Assembly: GCF_006345805.1 (NCBI RefSeq)
Contig: NC_043015.1
Location: forward strand, 4,402,001 to 4,466,000
DNA from: Octopus sinensis
Lineage: Eukaryota
Length of the DNA stretch: 64,000 nt
Direction of reading: 5' to 3'
Part shown: in pieces, positions 1 through 13,037 of the stretch
Position numbering within the stretch: position 1 is the stretch's first letter
How the letters are laid out: every line of letters starts with the position of its first letter
Notes under the pieces: model-generated
What the model was told of the DNA's origin: nothing
Seen by the model: only the letters and a program-made list of their open reading frames with translations
Databases searched by the model: none
Made by a program: the position numbers and the translations under genes

Positions 1-7
1 TATGATG

Positions 8-41
<34 letters not shown>

Positions 42-54
42 TACGCGCACTCAT

Positions 55-138
<84 letters not shown>
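1..138. repeat. (TA)n microsatellite, representative of dozens of (TA)n/(TG)n tracts (e.g. 1005-1110, 6345-6510, 12290-12406, 20070-20288, 21240-21362, 34060-34200, 34620-34800, 54842-55202, 57590-57945, 58414-58653)
   Basis: Directly visible dinucleotide repeats. They generate the many YIYIYI/THTH/CVCV ORFs in the track. Confidence 0.98.
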
Positions 139-141
<3 letters not shown>

Positions 142-795
142 TGCATCTATTTAACGTTTCGCGTGTATTTCACATTAAATAGTTTGACGTAGATATTGGC
201 GAAATCAATTATATTCTGCTGTCAGCAATTCAGTGAGCACTGTCTCAGGAAATCGAAACTTAGACCCTGAATACATTTTCCCTCTATAAATTCAGGAGCG
301 TTTGAGAATCCTTAGGAAAATAATACTCTAATACATGAGATAACTTCCAAACATTATTAACTTGCAACTTTAAGCCTATATCTTTCCAAATGTGATTATA
401 TGGTTAACTAACAAAATGAAAACACTTTCCTAACATATAAAAAGTTACCGGTTTCCTACACGTTTATCTTATATATGCGCGTGTGCAAATGAATGTAACT
501 CTATGATTGTATGTTTTTGGAACTTTTAACATGTCAATGCTATAAGAGTTTAAGTACTTGCGTTCAGGTAATACTATATCGATGCATGTTCATCATAAGA
601 TTTCTATACCATTAGATATTTTCTAAGATGCATTTTTCATGAGTAAATTTACCTTTCGAAGTGTCAATTACAAGACTTATTAGTTTATAATTAGAGCAAA
701 TTTTAAATGTAAGCCTGAAGATGTACGTAAATCAGTGAAAATGTGTTACCTCTAATGCATTACATTCAATTTTAACGTATATGAGTGTGCGTATG

Positions 796-856
<61 letters not shown>

Positions 857-1027
857 AAGTATGTATTTGTATATGCATATATATGCATGTATATATATAT
901 TTATAAATGAGTGTGTGTACACATATATATATATATATATGAATACATACACTGCATAAAACAGTTTCGACTTTGCACTTCTATATGACATAGTACGTCT
1001 ACACATATGTATATATATATATATATA

Positions 1028-1104
<77 letters not shown>

Positions 1105-1784
1105 TATATATGCATACGTATCTATGTATATATCTGTCTCTCTCTTTCGATCTCTCTGTATAAATATATATGTGCGTGTGTCTGTATGTGTGTACATATG
1201 TATATATACATACACATATATATGTATGTGCCTCTCTGTACACACTCACATATAAACGCACACGTAAATGAGGTTCAGTAGAACATGCCAATCACATTCC
1301 CATCACACTGAATACGTGGGTCGCTGAGTTTGCAATGGTGCATAATTTTAGACGTCTACCAATATATTCAGAAAACTATGGTCCACGTTTCTACGTTCAT
1401 CTCTATACTTCTTGTAATTTCTGAGACACTGCATTAATATGCATTTTAATTCTACTGAAAATATTTTAAATGAGTAGGTGGTTGTCTGTATCCTACGGAA
1501 AAAAACTCTTCGCACATTCTTTCCTCCACCATGAAGAACATTATCTAAAATTTTCTTTTCACTATGAATAATGACAGGTTTTGAAAAGTTGACGTTTAAT
1601 AGAATTGACCGAAATATCGAAATCACTGCCAATACTATTCTCGTGAAAGAGAGATAAATTTCTACACTACAAAAGTACGGAGTAACGCTTCAGATTAATC
1701 CAAAATTGATTTTATAATAACGGTTTCGAATTGTGGCACAAGATCAGAAATTGGTGAAGGGAATGAAACCGTGTACATCGATCA

Positions 1785-2117
1785 TAGTGCTCAGCTTGTA
1801 CTTATTTCGTCAACCCTTATCTGATGAAAGACAAAGTCCAAATTGGCGAAATTTGAACTCAGAACGTAACGGCAGGCGAAATACCAATTTATTTACTATC
1901 CACAAGGGGCAACACACAGAGAGGACAAACAAGGACAGACAAAGGGGTTAAGTCTATTACATCAAACCCAGTGCATAATTGGTACTTTATTTATCGACCC
2001 CGAAAGGATGAAAGGCAAAGTCGACCTCGGTGGAATTTGAACCCAGAACGTAACGGCAAGCGAAATACCGCTAAGCACTTCGCCCGAAATGCTAGCGATT
2101 CTGCAAGCTTGCAACCC
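1785..2117 (-). mobile_element. tRNA-derived SINE, family M (GAGGTCGACTTTGCCTTTCATCCTTTCGGGGTCGATAAA central domain, Meta-domain-like); full copy plus adjacent partial copy
   Basis: The reverse complement matches the + strand copy at 35417-35635 along its length. A second degraded copy of the B-box/central region lies at ~1785-1886. Confidence 0.85.
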
Positions 2118-2744
2118 TTATAATAAATGATCATATAAACAGATATTAACAAATGTTATAAATTTAAGTCACACGAAGCAATGCTGAATAAAAAACATGC
2201 ATGCACAATGATATATACAACGTCCTTGTACAATCGATAACGGTAAAACATTTCCCCGCGGAAGTAAGTTCAGGAAAGAAATTCTCATCAAACAGAGAAC
2301 ATCTGGGAAACACATTAGGCTGTGAATGGCCTTATCTGGTTGTTTTGGCCACATATTTCTCCTTCTAGAATTCACCATGAACGAATTCTGAATTCTTCCT
2401 ACATAGACTTATTATAACGATACTTGTGAGATGTAAGAATAACAAATAAAATAAATTTGCAGAAATTCATAAATCTTGGTCGCCCTGTAATATTAATAAG
2501 AGTCGATCGAAGTTCTGTTGATTAATTGAATGAATGTATAGTGTTAATTAATATGCAGCCGGGACATATGCTGATAACATAGTTCACTACGACTGGTAAC
2601 AAGGCTGGGGGATTTGTTGAGATCACTGTGTGTGTATGTGCGTGTCTGTATTTGTCTTTGCTTCTGTGTCTGCGTCTGTGCGTGTGCGCATACCAAGAGT
2701 ACACACGAAAAGTGCACATTTGTAATATCAGTAAAAAAAAATCT

Positions 2745-3105
2745 CGTATATCACCATTTGGTGGTACTGGGTGAGTAGCTGCAATATCTGTTCCATAAGG
2801 ACTTTAAACAGTTATCAACAGTTTTCTGACGTTACCAAGAAAACATTTTAGTCCTTTGGGAGTGAGATGGGTTTCTACTCCGAACATCTTTAAAGGAAAT
2901 GTCATCCAATATCCCTCTAGCCGGACCCTTTAACATCCACGGATATGAAGTGTAAAATTAGTCTTGACAATGGTATGGATGCCAGCTATTACAATCTGCG
3001 CATGTTTCGAAGCTTAGCGTCTAAATTAAGGGCATACGTAAAACTATTTGGGGGGACTTTGTGAGCACTGTACAAATTGGCTGAAAAATCGCTATGGATC
3101 TCAGC
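2745..3105 (-). pseudogene. Possible very old LTR-retrotransposon integrase remnant
   Basis: Minus-strand translation FGVETHLTPKGLKCFLG...AATHPVPPNGDIR loosely resembles the integrase HGxP..L.SDQG..F...TAYHPQTNG.ER region. Stops are present and similarity is weak. Confidence 0.3.
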
Positions 3106-3447
3106 CAAGTAATAGTGTGTTCACATGTATGTGGATATATCTGAGAATATTCATACGTATAAACGCACACACACGCACACACACACACACACACACGCGC
3201 GTAGACACAAGCATAAGTTAATGTTACTCAAACATAAAACACATAATTTGAGCGGTAAGTATAAATTTATGTAAATATGCATGTATGTATGCATGTAAGT
3301 ATGTGTGCTTTTTACGTATGCTTATATGTATGTATGTATGCATTCAGGCATTTACATATATATGTATGCATGTATTTATTAATATGTCTGATTGTCTCTC
3401 TGACTGTCTGTCTGACAGTTTATCTGTTTCTATGTACGTATGCGTGT

Positions 3448-3493
3448 ATGTATGTATGTATGTATGTATGTATGTATGTATGTATGTATGTAT
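3448..3493. repeat. (TATG)n microsatellite, followed by (GA)n at ~3650-3692
   Basis: Direct observation. Confidence 0.95.
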
Positions 3494-3657
3494 GCATATC
3501 GAAGCTTCATTTTCGCTTGGTGTCTATTTAACGGTTTGAAATATTTCACGAATCCCATTCTTGTCGCAATGCAGTTTCAGCTATTAATTTGCATATGATG
3601 TTTATAATTAATCCCTGCTTCCATCTCTTATTATCTCTTCTTATACAGAAAGAGAGC

Positions 3658-3693
<36 letters not shown>

Positions 3694-3961
3694 CAGAGGG
3701 AGGGAGTGAGATTGAACGGAAAGACAAGGAGACTGCGGGGAGAACGTTTTTGCGTAGGTGTGTGTTTGTGTTGGGCGTTGCATCGCTGGATACGATGTCA
3801 GTCCTGCATTTTGCTATCTTCAAGCAAAAAAAGAAAAAAAAATTCATTCTGAGTAAATAAATGTTTAAAAACCAGAAACAATAACACACCATGAAGCAGA
3901 AACACAAAAATACACTTATACGTACATGATTATTTACTGCACAAAATAACTAGTATTGCTC

Positions 3962-4232
3962 TTTGTTCCTTCTCTTGCCATGCCTGGATCATAGGGGCCG
4001 GTCTCCCGGTTTCATTGGCGTATAGGTCACCCAACTGGACGGGACGCCAGTCAGCTGCTAGATGCACGAGAATGGAAAGCTGTGACGAAAGAGTCAGCAG
4101 AAGTTCACCGTTATCTTCTGCCGGAGCCGCGTTGAGCTTAGGTTTTTCGCTCATACACACAATCGTCGCTCGGTCTGAGATTCGAGATCGCGATCTCTCG
4201 ACCGTGGGCCCGCAGCACTTACTACTAGGCCA
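3962..4232 (-). mobile_element. tRNA-derived SINE (head A + tail Y)
   Basis: The minus strand starts with A-box-like TGGCCTAGTAGT and a B-box-like ATCTCGAATC. Head and body are similar to 44354-44530, and the 3' part matches 46262-46478. Confidence 0.8.
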
Positions 4233-6369
4233 AGTAACTAATATTAGAATAATATCAAAATCGAGAGAAGTAAATTGTAAAAGAGCTTTCCCCATCTGTA
4301 TGCATTTATGCTTTGTTAATGTATAATTTGGTACGAAGGATTACTCAAATATTTATAAATGACAGTTTTACCTACGTATGAATTCATGTGTAGACGTTAA
4401 TTAGCAATCTACCATACGTTTCACAGATGAAGGAACTCGATTTAGTTTGTTTTATTTGTGTGTTAATAAAATACTGTAATAGACTTATTATATCCCACAT
4501 GTTAACCGAAGTAGTGTACGAGATTGATATGTCCACCACGGTCACCTACGAGGTTTTTATCTATCATATATTCTGTGCTTGGACATTTTCAAGAGAATAT
4601 GTTCTCAAAATTCTGTAAACAATTTATTGAAACGTTCCGTGGAATAATCGTTCAGGACAATGTTTTATGACAATGTTTTCAGATTCTGTCTTCGGAATAG
4701 AACTTGTTAGCTTTTGTATATTTATAGATTGAATTTTTACGAGTTGGGTGTAAAATGTTCCTGAAAAATAAAACTACTTAAAAATACTTCATATCTTAGA
4801 GCCAGTTTCAAAAATTTAAAGAAATACTGGGTAGCTAGCAATAATTGCGATTTGTTTCAAGTGCTTTATTACTGCAATACATCAACACAATATCACGACA
4901 TATAATCGCAATAAAACATGAGTTTGGGAAAAACGGAAGAAGTAAGACGAAAATTTTGAACTTCAATACGCTCACTCAGGTAGTGACATTTGCAATAAAG
5001 ATGGTCCTGAAAGATTGCACCTTAGATAGTATAGCTAAAGCACTGAATAGACACATATGTTAATATCATTCGACAATGAAAAATATTTCCAAACCAATTA
5101 TGTTTAAAAGAAATACGTCGTCACTAATAAAAGAAAGTGACGTCAGAGAAACGACCAAATTCACGAAAAAAAACTAAGCGTTGTAAGATAATGGAAATAT
5201 TCATGATTCTTTCACAGAACAATAAAGGAAATTCATAAATCAAGAAAATTCATCGAAATGAAATTATAAATGTATGAATAATAACGTTTTTGCCATAAAT
5301 AATTTCAGGAATGTCAGGATACAGACCATAATTTATATGGAATACTTGTATCGTAAGTTTTCAATTATGGAATTATAAAAGTACAAACGAAGTAATTTGC
5401 TGCAAATGGGTATTGCGTTATAGGGGGCAGTAGAGAATATAAGCTAGAAGTTATATAGATTATTGTAGGGATGACTGCAAAAGGTCCTTTCATTTGTTTT
5501 TCCAATAAATAGTGAAGAAAGGGTATACATAACAAAGTGTACAATAAATAAGGTATATGGCACAGCTTTTAGCATCATAGCTATTACAGGAAGCATTGAG
5601 TGAATAGCTGTTTTAGATATTTGGCACTCTTTTGTACAGAACATTGAAATTTTACATGATCACAAAAAAAAAATAATTAAAACTAAGGACAGTGAGCAAG
5701 GGGATATAATGATGAGGATAATGATTATGCCACCATAGACATGTGCAAGGTTGAACATCTACGGAGAGCTCACATCAAAACAGGGATAATATTATTAAGT
5801 TGTAAAATTTTTGATCGGAGCTCGCAAGCGACTTGGTCTCACCTACTGATTCGACTTCAGCGTAAAATAATTTCAAAATAATTTCTACGTAACATTAAAC
5901 TATCTTTACACGAGCCCGCGAGGACATTCATCTCATTTTCTACGGATACTAAGAAGGTACTTGGAACTGAGCTTATAATTGACAAGACGGTTTAGCGTAT
6001 CCTTAATATCCAACAAATGATATTACATAGAGCTGCAAGTCAATAAAACACTGCGCATTAAGTGAGAGACTTAAGCATAATGGCGTTTCTATTACATCCA
6101 GAAATCGAAAACTATGAACGACACACGGTTCAAACCCTCAAACACTCTAAATTTATGTAAATTCTTCCAATCGATGGTATGATAGTATGGCAACACTACC
6201 AAGTGCATTGAAACAGCAATATTCTGAACTAGTAAAAGATTACTCAGCGTAGACACAGACATTATGCAGGATTCCTTCAATAGGAAATTCAAGAAAGCCG
6301 CGATATTTATATATGCTGTTTCACAGACACCCACATACAAACACATTTATATTTATATATATGTATATG

Positions 6370-6444
<75 letters not shown>

Positions 6445-6448
6445 ATAC

Positions 6449-6503
<55 letters not shown>

Positions 6504-6603
6504 ATATATAAAATATGTATGTATGTGTGTGTGTATGTGTGTGTGTATGTGTGTCTGTGTTTGTGTGTGCGCGCGTATTTGTGCGTAGTAAAAGACTGTC
6601 TCA

Positions 6604-6877
6604 CCTTCCGGAGCAACAACGCGAAACAGTTCGGAAGGCAGCATATAGAATATACAGGCGATAAACAGTGGAAAACGAAAACAGGAAAACGAAAACATCA
6701 ACTATAATGAATTGTAAAACGGTAAAGGTGCTTTCTTCCTTAGACCTTAAATGATAAGGCTGGAATGATATGAAGTCAGTTAGGAATAGGCGTAATTTTC
6801 CAATACTCAAAATATATTTATATATGTGAATGTAACCACTGAACATTACTGATCGGGAATTAAATTGATATAAATCT
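6604..6877 (+). repeat. Left arm of a ~260-bp inverted repeat (partner 8075-8351), probable Penelope pseudo-LTR segment
   Basis: Near-identical reverse complement of 8075-8351; the ORF track shows the same peptides on opposite strands. It begins with a hammerhead-like remnant. Confidence 0.9.
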
Positions 6878-6929
6878 TCTTGTTGTTTATACACCTGTCT
6901 TAATCTTTTGTTTTTCTGTAAATTTCAAC

Positions 6930-6977
<48 letters not shown>

Positions 6978-6995
6978 CGAACATGCACATAATAA

Positions 6996-7350
6996 ATACA
7001 AGGTGGAGTCGAAACCTATATCAATATTCTTCTGGCCAAAACATATGCCGTGTTGGCAAAATCCCTTCTGTGGAAGGCAATGCCATTCTCCTACACGTGC
7101 ATGAAACGTTTCGAGCCCACGTTATTTCCCGGTTGTTATATACAGAGTACGTTGGAATTTTGTTTTCCCCAAACGCAGCGAGCACGAGGATTGCATGAAG
7201 ATTTCCCAAACGCTTAGTGACACACAACTTCCAACTATTTAGAAGATCCGCCAGGCATTTGGAGATGATGCCACGTCAGAAAATTAGATGATGGTGCAGT
7301 TCAGCTGCTTCATACAAGTCGAAACAAGAAACCGATTTGGAAGACTGTCA
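6996..7350 (+). mobile_element. mariner 5' fragment (TIR + N-terminal HTH, degenerate)
   Basis: Starts TACAAGGTGGAGTCGAAA (mariner-like TIR). Translation ...CMKISQTLSDTQLPTI*KIRQAFGDDATS resembles the mariner IKFC.KLG.T..ET..KI.QAFGDDAMS motif. Confidence 0.6.
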
Positions 7351-7399
7351 TGTAAGTATCTAGGATACTGCTCATGACGTTGGACTAAGCACCGGATCA

Positions 7400-7830
7400 C
7401 AGAATTCCATTTTAAGGAAGAATTATCGACCAAATTAATCCCATGATTGGGTATTTCCCATGGTTGTGATGGTTACACTATCAATAGATTTCCAAAGCAG
7501 CTAATTTCTACTTTTAACCAATTAGAACTTAAAATTACAGTAGCTACTATTCTATTTATAGTTGATTATTTAAATGTTTCCATAAATTTAAGCTCCTCTT
7601 CGTATTATAAACACTCCCATACGCCTAATAAGAAACTCGCATATATACATAAACAGGCTTCTCACCTTCCAGTTATATTTAATAATTTGATAGCTAATTT
7701 TTGTGACAGAGTGGGTAACATCTCGTCTTCGAAAGACATTTTCGAAAAAGTTGACCTCTATTATAACAAGGGTGTAGCCAATCGTGGCTTCATAGATACA
7801 TTAATATATAATCCCTCTAAAAATTATGAA
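7400..7830 (+). pseudogene. Penelope-like element reverse transcriptase C-terminal/thumb fragment
   Basis: ORF 7447-7935: KQLISTFNQLELKIT..VDYLNVSINL...TPNKKLAYIHKQASHLPVIFNNL...RVGNISSSKDIF...YYNKGVANRGF matches the PLE RT pattern (VDFLDVTLNL..KPN...YI...SNHP..I....RIS.LSS...F...YN.AL...GF). Confidence 0.8.
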
Positions 7831-8074
7831 AATTTTAATAATAGATTTAGTGGCATCGAAGATAAAGTAGTACACAGCCACTCTAGTATTAACCAGGATA
7901 ATAAGGGGCAAGAGGGAAGCTACAAAGCCGGCTAGCTACGTATGGACTTTCAAAGATAATGAACCACCAAATGTAATTAAATCGAAAGCAGTTAAGAAAT
8001 CGATGCCTTATGTGAATGGATCGAATGAATGTAGACTTTCTTTGGCTGAAAGAGCATAGGTTCTGTTCAGATTT

Positions 8075-8351
8075 AGATTTCTATCTATTTAATTCCCGAT
8101 CAGAAATGTTCAGTGGTTACATGCATATATGAAAAAATAATTTGAGTATTGGAAAATTACGCCTATTCCTAACTGACTTCATATCATTCCAGTCTTATCA
8201 TTTAAGGTCTAAGGAAGAAAGCACCTTTACCGTTTTACAAATCATTATAGTTGCTTTACATTATAGTTACTGTTTTTCGTTTTCCTGTTTTCGTTTTCCA
8301 CTGTTTATCGCCTGTGTATTCTATATGCTGCCTTCCGAATTGTTTCGCGTT
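8075..8351 (-). repeat. Right arm of inverted repeat (partner 6604-6877)
   Basis: Reverse-complement identity with one ~16-bp indel. Confidence 0.9.
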
Positions 8352-8546
8352 TCTTCTATTATTCCATTTCTTTAGTTCATTATGGTATGTGGTTTGTGCC
8401 TGGAGAATATGTTTGACATTTCTCAGCTTAAGAAAATGCAGGTTGTGCATTAATACATATATTGCATCATTTAAATATACGTATAAGGATAGAACAATTG
8501 ATAGATAAATAGATATATTGGTAGATCGGTGCATATTAATATATTC

Positions 8547-8586
<40 letters not shown>

Positions 8587-8632
8587 TGCACGCATTTTTT
8601 TCTCTCCTTCTTTCTGTGTTTTTTTCTCTCTG

Positions 8633-8773
8633 TGTATCTTTCTGTTGAAGAGCGTAGGCTCGAAACGTTAAAGACTTGTTTTATTTATATTTCCTGAGCG
8701 CCATACTAATACAATTGTTTGTTTGTTTTCCACCTGCCTTCGTCTTTTGTCTATTTTCATAAAGCTTCCCGTT
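8633..8773 (+). mobile_element. Short (TA)n-tailed repeat with a hammerhead-like motif; near-identical copy at 21971-22111
   Basis: ~140 bp identical to 21971-22111 except one visible substitution. Both copies end CCCGT-(TA)n. Confidence 0.9.
8637..8674 (+). ncRNA. Minimal type-I hammerhead ribozyme-like motif (core variant CUGUUGA)
   Basis: UCUUU CUGUUGA A GAGC-GUAG-GCUC GAAAC GUU^ AAAGA: 5-bp stem I, 4-bp stem II, palindromic AACGUU stem III. Confidence 0.6.
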
Positions 8774-8782
8774 ATATATATA

Positions 8783-8825
<43 letters not shown>

Positions 8826-8862
8826 TATATATATGCATACACGCGTGTCAATATAATATATG

Positions 8863-8907
<45 letters not shown>

Positions 8908-9297
8908 TTAATAATATATATGCTCACACACACACACACACACACACATGCATATACACCTTTTCACCTTTTGTTTTTCTTTTGAACTTTTCTATCTCCT
9001 GATTGCGAAGAAGAGCATTGCTCGAAACGTAAAAAAATCACTATTTCTTTCCATCTCTGAGTGTCTTGTCATTCAACACCGGTAGTAGTTGGAAATATTC
9101 TTAAGGCCGCAATTTACGCAGATGCAGGATCTTCAGGACTTGTCGTTAATTCAGTTGTTCAGGACTGGTTCCTAGTAACATTTATATATATATATATATA
9201 TATAAATGTGTGTGTATCCATTAAGCACATAAAGTCGAAACTAGTTGAAAAAAGCGTAATCCAATACCAGAGGTAGGGTAATATGCTTTACTAAAAT

Positions 9298-9440
9298 GTA
9301 GCAAAAATATCACAAAAACTGTTACTCAGAGTTTCATGTTTCCTTTTCGTCGGACAGTTTCGTTTAGATTCTAAACGAAACTTTCTGATGAGTGGGAACT
9401 TGAAATCTGAGTAACATTTTTTGACATATTTGTGATGCAG
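9298..9440. repeat. Palindrome carrying two divergent hammerhead-like motifs (9317-9359 minus; 9379-9419 plus)
   Basis: Centre GTTTCGTTTAGA-T-TCTAAACGAAAC; arms GTTACTCAGA... and ...TCTGAGTAAC. Confidence 0.8.
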
Positions 9441-10229
9441 TTTATGAACTTCCACTTAGCGTGCGCTGTAAGTTATTAAGCGGGTAAAAATACTTGTGGA
9501 GGAAATGTTAATTTTGACTTGTACTTTCCTAATAAATAAATCATTGGTAACATAGAATTTCAGAATATCTTTCGCTATATAATTTATAACACATCTGCTA
9601 TATTATGTATAACAAAACAATGTAATGATATATCAATTGAAGAGTAAAACTTGAAAGCCATCATATGAATACATTAACAATAAAATATTAATATATTACA
9701 TTGGAAATGCGTATTTTCGTCTGCAGAAAAATACATTAACCATTTGTTTCCTTTTGCTCATTCACTCTTTATACTTTACGTAATGTGCTGGTGTTTACTT
9801 CTAAAAGTTTTAAATTATTTAGAATATAATTCAGTTAGAACATTTGCATACGGCAAATGCAAGACTAATTTTGAACCATTTGCATAACAGAATGCAATAC
9901 AAAAATGAAAGAATTTCTAACCTAAAGTTTCACTAAGAACGTAAAATATATGGTAGCTCTCAAAGGAAGGGTTTTATAAAAAATATGTGCGTCTATTTTG
10001 GCAACCGAGATGTAAATTATGGGTTTTAGAATATAAGTATTGGACCAAAATATCTATCATTAGTTATATATAAAGCGTATATGCAAATACTGTCTAAATT
10101 TTGCATTAGCAATTTTCTTGTTTTATATAATAATATACGTAGTGTTATTGCTTTGTACGCAGGTAGCAGCTTTTTTTATTTCCTGCGGTTAAGATTTTAC
10201 ATGACTATCAGTCAAGTGGACAAAGGCAT

Positions 10230-10850
10230 GGCTCTATAACCGAGTAGGGTTATTTTCTATATTTTATATAATCTTGTTAGTCCTGTCTGAATATTATGAT
10301 AGGAATACTATGAAAAGAATTATTTCAGGTTTTAGACTCCACATTCGAGTTATCTCCATTTCCAGTTCTTTATATTTTGAAAGTTTCTCCGTTTCTTTTA
10401 GAGAAACACTGTCATCGTTTGGTACTGATACATCGATATGAATACAATAATTTCTTTGTGATCTCTAACTAATATTTCCGGCTTACTAAACCTAATTTCT
10501 CTATCTGCATGTATTGGCATATCCTGGAGTATGATTACTTTCTCATTTTCTGTGACCTGTTTTGACGTGTGCCTATACCATTTATTTTCTTTTCTTATTC
10601 CATAGTATTGGCATAGTTCCTAGTGTATGTAGGTCTCAAATCTGTCGTGTCTGTACATATATTCCGTCTTAGCCAGGATTGGGCAGCGAGAGAAAATATA
10701 CTATGTTGTTTCTTGTCCATCAAAGTTATTTGATGTAATTCTTTTCATTACATGCTTTGGTAATTTCTGGTGGGAATGTTTTGATATTGTGCTGCTATTA
10801 AAAATCCTTCAGTTTGTGATTTGAGTCCTGAGCGGTTCAGCTCAGTACTC
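10230..10850 (-). pseudogene. Dong/R4-clade (restriction-like endonuclease) LINE, C-terminal fragment
   Basis: Minus translation LNRSGLKSQTEGFLIAAQ..., RCPILAKTEYMYRHD, EKKWYRH, DMPIHADREI..KPEI, KETEKLSKYKELEMEITRMW, with stops and frameshifts. Confidence 0.85.
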
Positions 10851-11580
10851 AAAGGTTCTGTTTTGTGTGGTTGATGTTTCTGGGTTTAGTGTTGAATAAT
10901 GTTAAGCATGCCTAACTTCGATATATTCCTCCTTAGCCCACTAGTTTTGTATTCCTATTTCTTTGAGATAGGTTTAGTAGTTGATCCTGAGCGTCAGTTT
11001 TGGGAGGGAATATCCCTGGTTTGAGTTTCTACAGGTTCTTGAGGAGTTTGGTTCTGATTTAAAGACTTTTCGAACTCAGTGTCAGAACCTAAAGATCACT
11101 GATGAAAGCGTTCTTCGAACGACACGGGTTCTAAGGGGTGCTTCCATGCTTGGCATCAAGGACCGTGCTATAGGCGCACAGATTTAACCAGTGTGCTGGT
11201 TCCTTGGGTAAGCTTCAGAGGTTCCAGGCATCATCATTTTCTGGTGGGTGGGGAATTTTGATTTTGAAAAGTTTTCAAATAGTTCATTTCATGACACGAC
11301 AATCGGAAGGTGGCAAATGGCAGGCCGACGGAATCCATGTAGCATTGCAGAAAGAAGCAGATACTGAGTTGACAGCCAGAGATATATACAGAGGAAGGGA
11401 GACAAAAGACAGAAACATCATGCTGTTACCGAGCTACTTTCAGCAGGATGGCGATGACGTTTGTGGCGGCGGTGGTATAGGTGGTAATGGGATTCTATGT
11501 CTGACAGCAGGATGTAAACGCTGTAGCATGTCTGTTTATCTCGAGGCAACTCATTATTATCTTAGCTATTATTAATAACT

Positions 11581-11641
<61 letters not shown>

Positions 11642-11657
11642 TAGTAGTAGTAGCAAC

Positions 11658-11692
<35 letters not shown>

Positions 11693-11729
11693 CAGCAGCA
11701 GTAGCAGTAGTAGTAGTAGTGGCAGCAGC

Positions 11730-11777
<48 letters not shown>
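11581..11777. repeat. (GTA)n/(GCA)n trinucleotide microsatellite
   Basis: Direct observation; source of the poly-L/T/V ORFs. Confidence 0.98.
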
Positions 11778-11778
<1 letters not shown>

Positions 11779-11944
11779 CGATCAAGATGCAAAGGACGCG
11801 TCACACCATTGCGGTCAGCAGAGGTCAAATGTGTTTACTACTTCAGGTACGCAATGAGGGGGCTAAACTTCGCCTTGGAAACGGCCAAGTCACCCTGTTC
11901 TGTTTTGATTACGAATTGGAAAACTAACAATAATGATAATAATA

Positions 11945-12218
11945 TACTCTTTTCATTCTTTTACTTGTTTCAGTCATTTGACTCCGACCATGCTAAAGCA
12001 CAGCCTTTAGTCGTGCAAATCGACCACCAGGACTTATTTTTTGTGAGCCTAGTACTTATTCTATCGGTATCATTTACCGAACCGCTAGATAACGGGGACG
12101 TAAAGCCATCAGCATCGGTTGTCAAGCGATGTTGGGGAGGGGGCAGACAAAGACACGCAAACACAAACGCACACATATATATACATATATATACGACGGG
12201 CTTCTTTCAGTTTCCGTT
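11945..12218 (-). mobile_element. SINE family K (abundant family with an internal TA/TG tract), 5'-truncated
   Basis: Reverse complement of 55330-55595. Confidence 0.9.
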
Positions 12219-12291
12219 TTTATATACATACACACACATACATCCATACATACATATACATACATACACACACACACATATATATATATGA

Positions 12292-12518
<227 letters not shown>

Positions 12519-12548
12519 ACACACACACACACACAACACACACACACA

Positions 12549-12579
<31 letters not shown>

Positions 12580-12594
12580 TACACACACACACAC

Positions 12595-12634
<40 letters not shown>

Positions 12635-12761
12635 TATACACATACACATATATACACACATATTTATTGATAATTATATCGATGAATTTTCCTTGCCTTT
12701 TTATAGGTTTTGCCGTTGTTTGCTTTCGTACTTGTGCAATTTATATATATTGGCAGTTGTT

Positions 12762-13037
12762 TAAAGGATTGTTTAAGGATGTTGACGAACCACCCATGTT
12801 TCCAAAAGTGAATTATCCAAACCTCTAAGAATACTTTCAACACACGGCTATGATCAGAGGTGCACATATCATCAGCCACTAAGGGACATGTTCAACTGGT
12901 TAAGGTCAAACAACTGACAAGCAAATCTGTGGGATTGAGCAGAATATTTGCTGTGGCCCATCTTTTATGCCAAGACAAAACTATGTAATGATAACACTTC
13001 TAGTCAGTGAAGCAGTTAAGATCAGAAGCCATGAGAG
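12762..13037 (-). mobile_element. Non-coding interspersed repeat; longer copy at 40965-41479
   Basis: Colinear high similarity to 41200-41479 (GGACATG.TCAACTGGTTAAGGTCAA..ACTGACAAGCAAATCTGTGG...GATCAGAAGCCATGAGAG). Confidence 0.85.

Noticed and set aside
752-1291. Long YIYIYI/THTH/CVCV ORFs (and many like them, e.g. 6264-6707, 12119-12604, 20833-21504, 57454-58089)
   Set aside because: Stop-free translations of dinucleotide microsatellites
1348-1632. 94-aa minus ORF with GGGKNV..FFRRI, reminiscent of the Helitron helicase FGGK...GDFRQ motif
   Set aside because: Similarity too weak, with no other helicase motifs
4440-5400. Possible MULE transposase remnant (IFCAW.. segment)
   Set aside because: Only one short motif; not distinguishable from chance by eye
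11495-12291. Poly-Leu/Thr/Val ORFs resembling mucin or membrane proteins
   Set aside because: (GTA)n microsatellite reading into a SINE
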